Of a DNA stretch of 64,000 bases, positions 54,095 through 64,000 are shown piece by piece; position 1 is the first letter of the stretch, and each line of letters begins with the position of its first letter. The stretch is from Alphaproteobacteria bacterium (GTDB lineage: Bacteria > Pseudomonadota > Alphaproteobacteria > Bin95): the NCBI GenBank assembly GCA_964291285.2, contig OZ219786.1:640001-704000 (forward strand), given 5' to 3'. The translations under genes and the position numbers were made by a program. The notes beneath the pieces were generated by a model. It saw only the letters and a program-made list of their open reading frames with translations. It had not been told where the DNA came from and made no database searches.

Positions 54095-54527
54095 CGGCGG
54101 CGTCCAGCGCGGCGGCGACGATGGGGGTGTAGCCCGTGCAACGGCAGAGATGGCCGCTCAGCACCTCCCGCACCTCCTGCTCCGTCGGGCGGGGCTGCTC
54201 CCGGAGGAAGGCGGTCAGGCTCAGCAGGATGCCGGCCGTGCAGAAGCCGCATTGCAGCGCGAAATGGCGGCGGAAGGCGGCGTGCAGCGGGCCTTCCTCC
54301 AGCCCCTCCACCGTCACGACCTCCGCGCCCTCGCACTGGACCGCAAGCGCCAGGCAGGACCGCGCCGGCCGGCCGTCGATCAGCACCGTGCAGGCCCCGC
54401 AGACGCCGTGCTCGCAACCTACATGCGTGCCGGTCAGGCCGAGCGTGTGACGCAGGAAGTCGGAGAGCAGCAGGCGCGGTTCCGCCGCCGCGTCCACCGC
54501 CTCGCCGTTCACGGTCATGCGCGGCAT
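54087..54527 (-). CDS. 2Fe-2S subunit of a Mo-hydroxylase (HmfC/CoxS-like)
   Basis: GCEHGVCGAC, QCGFC, CRCTGY. Confidence 0.93.
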   Translation of the reverse strand: MPRMTVNGEAVDAAAEPRLLLSDFLRHTLGLTGTHVGCEHGVCGACTVLIDGRPARSCLALAVQCEGAEVVTVEGLEEGPLHAAFRRHFALQCGFCTAGILLSLTAFLREQPRPTEQEVREVLSGHLCRCTGYTPIVAAALDAADA

Positions 54528-55270
54528 GAAAGCGCCTCCTCCACCGTTGCCCGGCCGATGCGCGCCACCAGCCGGCGGCGGTAGGCCGCATCGGCGTGGA
54601 AGTCGTCGCGGGCGTCGATGGCGTCCGGGTCGATGACGAGGCCGTCCAGCACGACCGGCGTGTCCGCCACGCCGCCGACGGCGAGCCTGACGCCGTCGGC
54701 GTCGGCCACGGCCGCGAAGGCCGCGAGCGCGAAATCGCCGTGCCGGAGCGCGACCTCGCGGAAGGCGTAGCCGGCGCGCGGGTCCGGCGGCGGCAGTTCG
54801 ACCGCGGCAATCAGTTCGTCCTCTTCCCGCGCCGTCATCAGCGGCCCTTCGAAGAAGTCCGCGGCCTCGACCGTTCGCCCGCCGCGCGCCGAGGCGAGAT
54901 GGACCCGCCCGCCGAGCGCAACCAGGCAGAGCGGCAGTTCCGCCGCCGGGTCGGCGTGCGCGACCGAGCCGCAGAATGTGCCCCGGCCGCGCGTCTGGTA
55001 GTGGCCGACATGCGGCAGGGCGCGGTCGATGAGCGGGTGCAGGCCGGCGAGCTCCGCCTGGCGGACGGCCGCGCCCACCCGGAGCCCGCGCTCGCGAAGC
55101 TCGGCGAGATGCATGATGTCCACCAGCAGATCGGGCCGGGCGAGGCGCATGTTGAGCATCGCCACCAGCGACTGGCCGCCCGCAAGCGCCATCGCGCCGT
55201 CGGAAGCCAGCGCCTCCAGCGCCTCGCCGAGGCTCGCGGGGCGCAGATAGTCGAAGGGCGCGGGCTTCAC
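54515..55270 (-). CDS. FAD-binding subunit of a Mo-hydroxylase (HmfB/CoxM-like)
   Basis: MKPAPFDY, AGGQSL, ADPAAE. Confidence 0.92.
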   Translation of the reverse strand: MKPAPFDYLRPASLGEALEALASDGAMALAGGQSLVAMLNMRLARPDLLVDIMHLAELRERGLRVGAAVRQAELAGLHPLIDRALPHVGHYQTRGRGTFCGSVAHADPAAELPLCLVALGGRVHLASARGGRTVEAADFFEGPLMTAREEDELIAAVELPPPDPRAGYAFREVALRHGDFALAAFAAVADADGVRLAVGGVADTPVVLDGLVIDPDAIDARDDFHADAAYRRRLVARIGRATVEEALSCRA

Positions 55271-57600
55271 GGGATGAGCGCCGCGACGCGGGCGGGCGTG
55301 AGCGGCAGTTCCAGACCGTCCACGCCGAGCGCGTCCGCCACCGCGTTGGCGATGCAGGGGGGTGCGCTCATGGCGTTGCCCTCGCCGATGCCCTTGGCGC
55401 CGAGCGGGGTGAAGGGCGACGGGCTTTCGAGATGCAGGATCTCCGGGTCCGGCGCCTCGCAGGCGGTCGGCGGCGGATAGTCGGCGAAGGTGCCGGCGAG
55501 CGGCTGGCCCGCCTCGTCATAGACGAAGGCCTCGAACAGCGCCGCCCCCACGGCATTAGAGAGGCCGCCCCGCACCTGCCCGTCGGCCATCGGGCGGTGG
55601 AGCAGGCGCCCCGCGTCGTGGGCGGTCACATAGCGGTCGATGCGGACCCGGCCGGTGTCGGCGTCCACCTCCACGCCGCAGACATCGAAGATGAAGCCGT
55701 AGGCGGCGGAGCCGTTGATGCGGTCTTCGGCGTCGGGGGGCCCGAGCTCCGGCGGGGTCCAGAACTCGGTCGCCCGCAAGGCCGGCTCGACGCCCTGCGG
55801 CAGGGTGCCGGGCGACCAGTGTGCGAGGCCGGCGAGGCGGGCGAACGGCACCTCTTTGTCAGGTCCCGCGCCGACCATGCCGCCCTCGAAGCGGATGTCC
55901 TCCAGCGGCAGGTCGAGCCGCGCGGCGGCGAGGCGCGCCAGCCGGTCGCGCAAGGTCCGGGCCGCGCGCCAGGCCGTGCCGGCGACGGCGGGCGCGAAGC
56001 GGCAGGAATAGTTGCCGGCGGCGATCGACCAGGCGTCCCGCGCGCTGTCAAACTCCGCCACCACCCGGATGTCGCGGGGCGCAAGGCCGAACGCGCCGGC
56101 CACCACCTCCGCCAGCACGGTGCGGTGCCCCTGGCCCTGCGGGATGGAATCGGCGGTGACGGTGACGCCGCCATGCGGGTCGATGGCGACGGTGGCTGCG
56201 GCGAGCGCGCCGTTCTTGAGCCCGCCGGCCAGGCGGTCCTCATGCTCCAGCACCGTGGTGATGTAGCCCATGTTGGAGACGGTCGGCTCCACCGCCGCCG
56301 CCATCCCGACGCCGTAGAGCCGTCCCTCGGCGCGGGCTGCCGCGCGGCGGGCCCGGAGGTCTTCCAGCGCGGGCCTGGCGAGGTCGATGACCGCGCCGAA
56401 ATCGCCGGAGTCGTAGAGCGCGCCGGATGCCGTCCGGTAAGGCACCGTCTTCACGAGGTTGCGCCGCAGCACCTCCAGCCGGTCGAGTCCCAGCCCGTCG
56501 GCGATGCGGTGCATCAGCCGCTCCAGGGGGAAATAGACCTGCGGGCCGCCGAAGCCCCGATTGAGGCCGCTCGGCGTCTTGTTGGTGACGGCGATGCTGT
56601 TCTCGACCTCGAGGTTGGGGATGTCGTAGGCCCCGGTCATCGCGCCGTGCATCCGGTAGAGCGTCGCGGGCTCCGGCGCCTTGATGTAGGCGCCGCAGTC
56701 CTCAAGCTGCCGGTAGCGCAGCGCCGTCACCCGCCCGTCGGCCATGACGGCGGCCTCCAGCCGCGTTTCGCGGTTGGTGGCGGAGCCGGCGGCGGTTAGG
56801 TGTTCCAGCCGGTCCTCGATCCATTTCACCGGCCGGCCGGCGAGCCGGGCGACCGCTGCCATCAGCACGATATAGGGTGCCAAGCCCTGCTTGATGCCGA
56901 AGCTGCCGCCGGAGTCGTGCGGGGTGCGCAGGCGCAGCCGGTTGGCCGGCACGCCCAAGGCCGCCGCCATCACCGGATGCAGCGCGAACGGTCCCTGGAA
57001 GGGCGCCGTCACCTCGAAGGCGTCGGCGTCCGGGTCCCAGGCGGCGATCAGCCCGAAACACTCGATGGGCGTGACGGCGCTGCGCGGATAGCGCACCTCG
57101 ATGGCGAAGCGATGGTCGGCGGCGGCGAACGCGCCTTCCGGGTCGCCGTAGGAGAAGCGCCGCCGGTTCGCCAGATTCGTGCCGGCGGCCTCGTGCAGCA
57201 GCGGCGCGCCTTCGGCTATCGCGGCCGAGGGCGAGACGACGGCGGGAAGCGGCTCGTACCCGACCTCCACCAGCTCCAGCGCGTCCTCGGCCCGGTAGCG
57301 GTCCTCGGCCAGCACGACCGCGACCGGCTCGCCGGCATAGCGCACCTTGTCGGTCGCAACGGGGAAGTGGCGCATGGGCGTGCGCAGCGCCGCGATGAAG
57401 GGCCTGAGGCCGGCGGCGATGTCCTGTCCGGTGAACAGGCGCACGCCCTCCGGCGCGGTTATGGGGCCGAGCCGCGCATGGGCGTGGGGCGAGCGCAGGA
57501 TCGCGGCATGGAGCGTGCGCGGCGGCACGGGCAGGTCGTCGATGAACCGCCCCCTGCCGCTGAGCAGCGCCCGGTCCTCCACCCGCTCGCCGCCTGTCAC
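55267..57600 (-). CDS. molybdopterin subunit of a xanthine-dehydrogenase-family enzyme (HmfA-like)
   Basis: RVEDRALLSGRG, RSPHAHA, GGSFG, RGFG, QGQGH, KGIGE; GTG start inferred. Confidence 0.9.
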   Translation of the reverse strand: MTGGERVEDRALLSGRGRFIDDLPVPPRTLHAAILRSPHAHARLGPITAPEGVRLFTGQDIAAGLRPFIAALRTPMRHFPVATDKVRYAGEPVAVVLAEDRYRAEDALELVEVGYEPLPAVVSPSAAIAEGAPLLHEAAGTNLANRRRFSYGDPEGAFAAADHRFAIEVRYPRSAVTPIECFGLIAAWDPDADAFEVTAPFQGPFALHPVMAAALGVPANRLRLRTPHDSGGSFGIKQGLAPYIVLMAAVARLAGRPVKWIEDRLEHLTAAGSATNRETRLEAAVMADGRVTALRYRQLEDCGAYIKAPEPATLYRMHGAMTGAYDIPNLEVENSIAVTNKTPSGLNRGFGGPQVYFPLERLMHRIADGLGLDRLEVLRRNLVKTVPYRTASGALYDSGDFGAVIDLARPALEDLRARRAAARAEGRLYGVGMAAAVEPTVSNMGYITTVLEHEDRLAGGLKNGALAAATVAIDPHGGVTVTADSIPQGQGHRTVLAEVVAGAFGLAPRDIRVVAEFDSARDAWSIAAGNYSCRFAPAVAGTAWRAARTLRDRLARLAAARLDLPLEDIRFEGGMVGAGPDKEVPFARLAGLAHWSPGTLPQGVEPALRATEFWTPPELGPPDAEDRINGSAAYGFIFDVCGVEVDADTGRVRIDRYVTAHDAGRLLHRPMADGQVRGGLSNAVGAALFEAFVYDEAGQPLAGTFADYPPPTACEAPDPEILHLESPSPFTPLGAKGIGEGNAMSAPPCIANAVADALGVDGLELPLTPARVAALIP

Positions 57601-57677
57601 GCTGCGTTCCGTCCCGTCATCGCCGTTCCTGTTTAGGCCCGCGCTGGCAAGCGGTAAAGCGTCCGTCCCGAGCTCGC

Positions 57678-59309
57678 CTACGCAGCGCCGCCGTCCTTCT
57701 CCCGCAGCATGCGCTCGGCGAGGCGGCGGGCGTCTTCGCGGGTTTCCACGATCCGGTGTCCGGGCACGCTGTGCAGGCAGCGGAGCGAGTTCAGGGTCTG
57801 CGCGGCGGCGCCGTGGAGGCCGGCCACGATGCAGGAGGTTTCCGCCGCTTCCGCGAGGTCGATCAGCTGTTCGATGACCATGGCGGCGCTGTCGTCGATA
57901 TAGGCGGCGCCGGAGAAGTCGAAGATGACGATCTCGTGGTCGCGGATTTCCGGGCCGATGGCGTCGGCGAGCTTGTGGGACGAGGCGACGGTGAGGCTGC
58001 CCCGGAGCGCGACGAGGCCGGCGCGCGCGGCAAAGGCGCTCTCCTCTTCCTCTCCGTCCGCGCCGGGAAGGGTCCGGTCGAGCAGCGGCGTCGAGACCAC
58101 GCTGTCGAGTTCCAGGCGCTCCAATTGCCGCGCATGGACCATGCCGCCCGCGATGAGCCCGATGGCGACGGCCGTGATGAGGTCGACGAACACTGTGAGC
58201 GCCAGCACCGTCAGCATGACGATCAGGTGTTCGCGCCTGAGCGCATGGACGCGGGCGAGGAGGCGCCAGTCCACGATGTCCCATCCGACCTTCATCAGCA
58301 CGCCGGCAAGAGCGGCCAGCGGAACGGGCTCGACATAGCGGCCGAGGCCCAGCAGCAGCGCCAGCAGGAAGACCGCCCGCAATACGCCGGATATCGGCGT
58401 CGAGCCCCCGGACTTGATGTTGGTCACCGTCCCCATCGTGGCCCCGGCGCCGGGGAGCGCCCCGAAGAGCCCCGCCACGGCATTGCCGATACCCTGGCCG
58501 ACCAGTTCCCGGTCCGGGTTGTGGCGCGAGCCGGTCAGCGAGTCGGCGATAATCGAGGTGAGCAGGCTGTCAACGGAGCCGAGCAGGGCGAGGATCAGTG
58601 CGGGCTCCACCGCGCCGAGCAGGAAGTCCGGGGACATAAGCGGCCATTGCAGTTCCGACAGGCCGGTCGGAACTGGGCCGATGGTCGGCGCTTCGTTCAG
58701 CCAGAGCACGCCCAGCAGCGTGCCCGCAACCATCGCCGCGAGAAGGCCGGGCACGAAGCGCGCCAGCCGGCGCGGCCAGAGGAAAGCGACCGCGAGCGAG
58801 ACAGCGGCGATGGCGAAGGCGCCCGCATCGATATTGCGGACCGCGTCCGGAAGCGCCGAGACTGCGCCCATCGGGCCGCCGGGGGCAATGGGTGCGCCCA
58901 GCGCCGGCAGCAACTGGATCAGCACGATGATGATGCCGATGCCCGACATGAAGCCCGATACCACCACATGGGGCGTGTAGGCGACGAAACGGCCGATACG
59001 CGAGAGCCCGAGCAGGATCTGCAGCAGGCCCGCCATGACGACCACGGTGAGCGCTTCGGCGAGGCTGGTCGTGTGGCTGGTGATGACGACGGCCATGACG
59101 ACCGTCATCGGCGCTGTCGGGCCGGATATCTGCGACCGGGTGCCGCCGAACACGGAGGCGAAGAAGCCGACGGCGATGGCCCCGTGCAGGCCGGCAGCGG
59201 CCCCCATGCCCGAGGCGATGCCGAAGCCGAGCGCCACGGGGAGCGCCACCACGGTCGAGGTGATGCCGCCGAACAGGTCTCCCCGGAGGCTGTCGAGGCC
59301 GTATTTCAC
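57678..59309 (-). CDS. SulP-family anion transporter with STAS domain
   Basis: ALPVALGFGIASG, QISGPT, RELVGQG, YIDDSA. Confidence 0.92.
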   Translation of the reverse strand: MKYGLDSLRGDLFGGITSTVVALPVALGFGIASGMGAAAGLHGAIAVGFFASVFGGTRSQISGPTAPMTVVMAVVITSHTTSLAEALTVVVMAGLLQILLGLSRIGRFVAYTPHVVVSGFMSGIGIIIVLIQLLPALGAPIAPGGPMGAVSALPDAVRNIDAGAFAIAAVSLAVAFLWPRRLARFVPGLLAAMVAGTLLGVLWLNEAPTIGPVPTGLSELQWPLMSPDFLLGAVEPALILALLGSVDSLLTSIIADSLTGSRHNPDRELVGQGIGNAVAGLFGALPGAGATMGTVTNIKSGGSTPISGVLRAVFLLALLLGLGRYVEPVPLAALAGVLMKVGWDIVDWRLLARVHALRREHLIVMLTVLALTVFVDLITAVAIGLIAGGMVHARQLERLELDSVVSTPLLDRTLPGADGEEEESAFAARAGLVALRGSLTVASSHKLADAIGPEIRDHEIVIFDFSGAAYIDDSAAMVIEQLIDLAEAAETSCIVAGLHGAAAQTLNSLRCLHSVPGHRIVETREDARRLAERMLREKDGGAA

Positions 59310-59387
59310 GCGCGAAAGGTTACCTGCTGCCGCGCCGCCCGCAATCCGTTATTCTCGGCGGCAAATCCAACGGAGGAGACCGACCCG

Positions 59388-59789
59388 ATGCCCGACAGCA
59401 ATTCGCAGCTTCGCAAGCTCGCCCACGCCACCGAGGAGTCGGCGCCGCTGGTCCCCGGGCGGCGCGACTTCTTCAAGTATCGCGACCTCGGCGTCACCGA
59501 GGCGAGCCTCGGCAGCATGCGCGCCCAGACCATGACCGCGATCCGCGGCATGACCGAGCCGACCGGCTGGCACTACCACGAGTGCGAGGGCCAGTTCGTC
59601 TATGCGCTCAAGGGCTGGGTGGACCTCGAATTCGAGACCGGCGAGACGCTGCGCATCCAGGCCGGCGAATCGCTCTTCATCCCGGGCGGGCTGAAGCACA
59701 ACGAAATCGCGACCTCGGACGACCTCGAAATCCTGGAGCTGTCCATTCCGGCGGAGATGGGCACCGTCCCCTGCGACCCGCCGGCCTGA
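59388..59789 (+). CDS. cupin domain protein
   Basis: WHYHECE.QFVY, IPGGLKHNE. Confidence 0.85.
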   Translation: MPDSNSQLRKLAHATEESAPLVPGRRDFFKYRDLGVTEASLGSMRAQTMTAIRGMTEPTGWHYHECEGQFVYALKGWVDLEFETGETLRIQAGESLFIPGGLKHNEIATSDDLEILELSIPAEMGTVPCDPPA

Positions 59790-59810
59790 CCCGGCGCGCC
59801 GGGAGCCCGC

Positions 59811-60914
59811 CTACGCGCGCAGGCGGGAGAGGCTGTCTTCCGGCATCCGGCCCCTGTTCATCTCCGCGAGGAGGGGCCGGACCAGTTCCGCAAAGCCGGT
59901 CGCGGCGGCGGCGTGCGGAAAGCCGGACAGGCAGAAGGAGTGGCACCCCGCGTCGATGAAGGCCTGAAGCTGGTCGGCGCACTGCCGGGGATTTCCGACG
60001 ACGGCGATGCCGGCGCCGGCCCGGACCCGGGTGATGCCGGTCCAGAGATTCGGCCCGATCATCTCGCCATGCTCGCGCGCCAGTTCCTGCACGCGCCGGT
60101 TCGCCGCCGAGTTGAACGTGTTGTCGATAATCTCCCGGCGGTTCGCATCGGTGCCGTGCGCGACCAGTCTGCGGGCCGCCGCCCAGGCCTCGTCTTCCGA
60201 CTCGCGGCACATGATCTGCAGGCGCATGCCGAAGCCGATCTCGTCCCCGCGCCCGAACTCTGCGGCGCGCCGGCGGATATCGACGATGTTTTCGGCGATC
60301 CGCTCCGGCGTGTCGCCCCAGAACAGGTGGACATCCGAGTGCCGGGCGGAAATATCGGCGGCCTGCGGCGACCCGCCGCCGAGATAGAAGCGGGGATGGG
60401 GTTTCTGGTAAATCTCCGGGATGATCGAGCAATTCCTGAGGGTGTAGAACCTGCCGTCGAAGTCGATGGGTCCCGACGCTGCCCAGAGCCGCTTCATGAT
60501 GGCGACTTCTTCCCCCATCAGGGCGTAGCGTTCCTCCTTGCCGTAGCGGATGCCGTCGGCTTCGAAGTCCGCTTCCGCCTGCCCCGCTATAAGGTTTATC
60601 GCGAGGCGCCCGCCGGTCATCCGGTCGAAGGTCGCGAGCATCTTGGCCTGGAGGACCGGATTGACATAGCCGGGCTTGGCCGCGATCAGGGGTTTGATCG
60701 TCTTCGTCTTGCCGGCGAGGAAGGCGGCGATGACATAGGCTTCCCAGCAGATGTTGACGACCGGGATCAGGATGTATTCGAACCCCGCGTCTTCCGCGGC
60801 CAGAATGATCCGCTCCATCATTTCCGGCGACGGAGCGATCTGGGACTCCGGGTCGTTGAAAGCCGTGGTGTCGCCGTTCGTCGGCAGATACCAGCCGAAT
60901 TCAAGCTGCCGCAT
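59811..60914 (-). CDS. luciferase-like flavin monooxygenase (SsuD-like)
   Basis: WYLPTNGD, AEDAGF, YLGGGS, PNLWTGI..VRAGAG. Confidence 0.9.
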   Translation of the reverse strand: MRQLEFGWYLPTNGDTTAFNDPESQIAPSPEMMERIILAAEDAGFEYILIPVVNICWEAYVIAAFLAGKTKTIKPLIAAKPGYVNPVLQAKMLATFDRMTGGRLAINLIAGQAEADFEADGIRYGKEERYALMGEEVAIMKRLWAASGPIDFDGRFYTLRNCSIIPEIYQKPHPRFYLGGGSPQAADISARHSDVHLFWGDTPERIAENIVDIRRRAAEFGRGDEIGFGMRLQIMCRESEDEAWAAARRLVAHGTDANRREIIDNTFNSAANRRVQELAREHGEMIGPNLWTGITRVRAGAGIAVVGNPRQCADQLQAFIDAGCHSFCLSGFPHAAAATGFAELVRPLLAEMNRGRMPEDSLSRLRA

Positions 60915-60984
60915 ATGCCTGCCTCCCCACCAGGCAATCTAGCACGGATTTCCCGGCTCCGGCCCCACGATCCGCCGGCCCGGG

Positions 60985-62433
60985 CTACCGCGCGGGGATG
61001 GGGCGTTCCCGGCGGAGCGCCCTGCCGGGCCGCGCGCCGGTCGGGCTCCCGTCCTTCCAGACCGTCTCGCCCGCCACGAGCACCGCGCTTATGCCGTCGG
61101 CGGGCGCCATCGGGTTCTCGAAGCTCGCCCGGTCGATCACGGTCTCGGGGTCGAACAGGCAGAGGTCGGCGACCGCGCCCGGCTCCACGACGCCGCGCCC
61201 GTCCAGCCCGAAGCGGTCCGCCGGCAGGCCGGTCATGCGGCGCACGGCCTCCTCGAGCGGCATCAGGCCGAGTTCGCGGCTGTAATGCCCCAGAACGCGC
61301 GGGAAGGTGCCCCAGAGGCGCGGATGCGGGCGCGGGTCGTGCGGAATGCCGTCGGAGCCGATCATGGCGCGCGGGAAGCGCAGCACGCGCTGCACGTCCT
61401 CCTCCGACATGGCGAAATAGATCGCGCCGGCCGGCAACAGCCGCACGGCCATCTCCTCGTCGGAGACGCCGTGCTCGGCGGCGATGTCGGAGAGGTCGCG
61501 GCCCGCCGCCTCCGGATAAGGTTCCGACCAGGTAATCAGGACCCGCTTCGAATCGGCGAGGCGGTCGGGCAGCAGCACGGTGGAGCTCATGGCGTAGGGA
61601 TAGACGTCCAGCGACACCTGCTGCTCCGCCGCGGCGGCCTCGACCATCGGCAGGGAGCGGGCGGTCTTGCCGTGATGGGCGGCGCCCGAGGCCTTGTGGT
61701 GCGAGAGCACGACGGCGACGCCCGCGCGCCGGCCGATTTCCAGCGACTCCTCGACCGATTCCTCCAGGAAGGCGCCCTCGTCGCGCATGTGGGTGGCGTA
61801 GAGGCCGCCAAAGGGCGCCGCCGCCGCCGTGAGCGCGACCACCTCGTCCGTCGTCGCGGCCCTTGAAGGCGGGTAGAAGAGGCCGGTCGAGAAGCCGACG
61901 GCGCCCGCCTGCATCGCCTGTTCGACACCCGCGCGCATGGCCGCGATCTCGGCCTCGTTCGCAGGGCGGCCCAGATTCTCCACATGCTGCACGCGCAGCG
62001 TCTGGTGGCCGACCAGGAAGAGGCCGTTGACGACCGGCGGGCGGGCGTCCAGCGCCTCAAGATAGGAAGAGAATGTGGGAAAGCGGTAGTCGCTCTCGCC
62101 GCCCAGCAGGTCCATCGGCGGCGGCGGACGGCCTTCCGGGTTGAAAGGCGCCAGCGAGATGCCGCAATTGCCGGCGACCACGGTCGTCACCCCCTGGCTC
62201 GCCTTGGCGGCCATGTCGCCGTCCAGCAGCGCGCGGTCGTCATGGGTGTGGACGTCGATGAAACCCGGCGCGACGACGAGGCCGCGCGCATCGATCTCCC
62301 GTTCGCCCGAAGCCTCGTCCAGCATGCCGACCTCCGCGATGCGCCCGCCGTCCACGGCGACATCGGCCCTGCGCGCCGGCGCGCCCGTGCCGTCGATGAC
62401 GGTTCCGCCCCGGATTACCAGATCGTGGTGCAT
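60985..62433 (-). CDS. N-acyl-D-amino-acid deacylase
   Basis: PGFIDVHTHDD, GNCG, THMRDE, SHHK, GSDG, PHPRLWGTFPR. Confidence 0.92.
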   Translation of the reverse strand: MHHDLVIRGGTVIDGTGAPARRADVAVDGGRIAEVGMLDEASGEREIDARGLVVAPGFIDVHTHDDRALLDGDMAAKASQGVTTVVAGNCGISLAPFNPEGRPPPPMDLLGGESDYRFPTFSSYLEALDARPPVVNGLFLVGHQTLRVQHVENLGRPANEAEIAAMRAGVEQAMQAGAVGFSTGLFYPPSRAATTDEVVALTAAAAPFGGLYATHMRDEGAFLEESVEESLEIGRRAGVAVVLSHHKASGAAHHGKTARSLPMVEAAAAEQQVSLDVYPYAMSSTVLLPDRLADSKRVLITWSEPYPEAAGRDLSDIAAEHGVSDEEMAVRLLPAGAIYFAMSEEDVQRVLRFPRAMIGSDGIPHDPRPHPRLWGTFPRVLGHYSRELGLMPLEEAVRRMTGLPADRFGLDGRGVVEPGAVADLCLFDPETVIDRASFENPMAPADGISAVLVAGETVWKDGSPTGARPGRALRRERPIPAR

Positions 62434-62515
62434 CGCCCTGCTCCTCCCGCCGCTTGCTGGCGCCCTCTCTACCATGCGGGTAAGGTCGCCGGAAAATCCT
62501 GGGGGCGTTCCACAC

Positions 62516-63394
62516 ATGGGCACATGCGCGGTCGGCGAGGTCGCCATTCACCGGATCGAGGAAAATGCCGGTCCTTCCTTCCTGCCGGGCCAGCTCTATC
62601 CGGACTGGACGCCGGACCATCTGGAGAAGCACCGGGACTGGATGGTGCCGCGCGCCTTCCACGAGCGCAGCGGCAGGCTGACGATGAGCCTGCACAGCTG
62701 GCTGTTGCGCACGCCGCGCCACACGGTCCTGGTCGATACATGCGTCGGCAACCGCAAGACCCGCCCGCGCAAGATGTGGGACAATCTCGACACGCCCTGG
62801 CTCGACCGGCTGAAGGCGGCCGGGGTGGCCCCGGAGGAGGTGGACTTCGTCCTCTGCACCCACCTGCACACCGACCATGTGGGCTGGAACACGAGGCTGG
62901 CGAACGGGCGCTGGGTCCCGACCTTCCCGAACGCGAAATACCTGATCGGCAAGATCGACTACCAGTACCGCACGCAGCGGCTGGAGCTCTATCCCGACGA
63001 GGAGCCGATGGACGGCGCCTTCGCCGACAGCGTGCTGCCGGTGGTGGAGGCGGGGCAGGCGGTGATGGTCGAGGACGGCTACCGGATCGACGAGACCATG
63101 CTGATCGAGGCCGCGCCCGGCCACACGCCCGGCCATGTCACCATGGCGCTCGAATCCGGCGGCGAGCAGGCGCTGTTCGTCGCCGACGTCATGCACCACC
63201 CGGTCCAGGTCTACGAGCCGCACTGGAACACGTCTTTCTGCGAGTGGCCGGAGCATGCGGCGGTTACGCGAAGGCGGGTGCTGGAGCGGGTGGCGGACAC
63301 GCCGGCGCTGCTGATGCCGGCGCACTTCCCGGCCCCGTCCTGCGGCCATGTGCTGAGCGCGGGCGACGGCTTCCGGTTCCGCTTCGCCGACTGA
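62516..63394 (+). CDS. MBL-fold metallo-hydrolase
   Basis: THLHTDHVG, GHTPGH, PAHF. Confidence 0.92.
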   Translation: MGTCAVGEVAIHRIEENAGPSFLPGQLYPDWTPDHLEKHRDWMVPRAFHERSGRLTMSLHSWLLRTPRHTVLVDTCVGNRKTRPRKMWDNLDTPWLDRLKAAGVAPEEVDFVLCTHLHTDHVGWNTRLANGRWVPTFPNAKYLIGKIDYQYRTQRLELYPDEEPMDGAFADSVLPVVEAGQAVMVEDGYRIDETMLIEAAPGHTPGHVTMALESGGEQALFVADVMHHPVQVYEPHWNTSFCEWPEHAAVTRRRVLERVADTPALLMPAHFPAPSCGHVLSAGDGFRFRFAD

Positions 63395-63420
63395 GCTTCG
63401 GCGCGGCCGCTTCCTCTCCC

Positions 63421-64000
63421 ATGCCCGAAACGCCGAATGCCGGCCGCTATCCTTGGATAGTCTGCTTCACGTCGCTGCTGCTGGTCTTCTTCGGCCAAGG
63501 CGCGATGTTCGTGCTGAATGTCGAGCTGAAGCCGATTGCCGAGGACATGGGCTGGCCGCGCGAGCTGCCCTCCCTCGGCTACACCGCCGCCTTTTTCGGC
63601 GCCGGCATCGGGGCGCTTTATTTCGGCCCGCTCTCCGAACGCCTCGGCATGGGCAATGTCGCGCTGATCGGCGCGCTCTCGATCGGCTCCGGCACCTTCC
63701 TGGCGGGCTATGTCGAGACGCCCGGACAGCTGATGCTGGTCTTCGGCGTGCTGATCGGCCTTCTCGGCAATGCCTGCATGTTCGCGCCGCTGATGGCGCA
63801 CGTCATGCGCTGGTTCGACCGCAACCGGGGCCTGGCTCTGGGTATCGCCACGGCCGGGCAGAGCGTCGGCGGCGCGATCTGGCCCTATGTCATCACCTGG
63901 CTCGACGGGACGGTCGGCTGGCGCGACACCTTCCACATTTACGGCCTTCTGTGCTTCACGGTCATGGTGCCGCTGACCATGCTGCTGCGCCGCCCGGCGC
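63421..64000 (+). CDS. MFS transporter (partial, runs off the window)
   Basis: MPETPNAGRYPW..., GPLSERLG, WFDRNRGLALGI; open to the window end. Confidence 0.85.
   Translation, partial: MPETPNAGRYPWIVCFTSLLLVFFGQGAMFVLNVELKPIAEDMGWPRELPSLGYTAAFFGAGIGALYFGPLSERLGMGNVALIGALSIGSGTFLAGYVETPGQLMLVFGVLIGLLGNACMFAPLMAHVMRWFDRNRGLALGIATAGQSVGGAIWPYVITWLDGTVGWRDTFHIYGLLCFTVMVPLTMLLRRPA

Overview
High-GC alphaproteobacterial chromosome segment with heavy IS activity and many decayed genes. (1) 1-15447 is an accessory island ending at the 3' end of tRNA-Ser(CGA). It holds a tyrosine-integrase remnant, an IS1634, a broken NHLP-type bacteriocin ABC exporter pair, an RND pump with a nonsense codon in its adaptor, and DNA-methyltransferase, IS66 and AIPR remnants. 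(2) About 15.7-36.3 kb is core and metabolic genes: rplU-rpmA-obgE-proB-proA, an in-frame nadD-rsfS fusion, rlmH, ctpA, rppH, thpR, tesA and ybbAP. It also has a second IS1634 and a small lipoprotein cassette bracketed by an 84-bp duplication of the ybbP 3' end. (3) 36.6-47.9 kb has a third IS1634 without matching target duplications next to a satellite-like phage head module (prohead protease, portal, HNH) and two tandem tyrosine integrases. The upstream integrase is split by a DUF4338/DruA-fused ISAs1 element, which itself contains an IS5 and a passenger-carrying IS701-like element at one TCA site. (4) 47.9-64 kb is metabolic genes: lepA, an hmfABCD-like furoate cluster with a nonsense codon in hmfD, SulP, an LLM monooxygenase, D-aminoacylase, an MBL hydrolase and an MFS transporter. 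The most unusual signal is a 132-bp structured non-coding mobile element present twice. Both copies are inserted in sense orientation at CG-TAA-G inside coding genes. Product calls come from motif recognition by eye; no searches were run.
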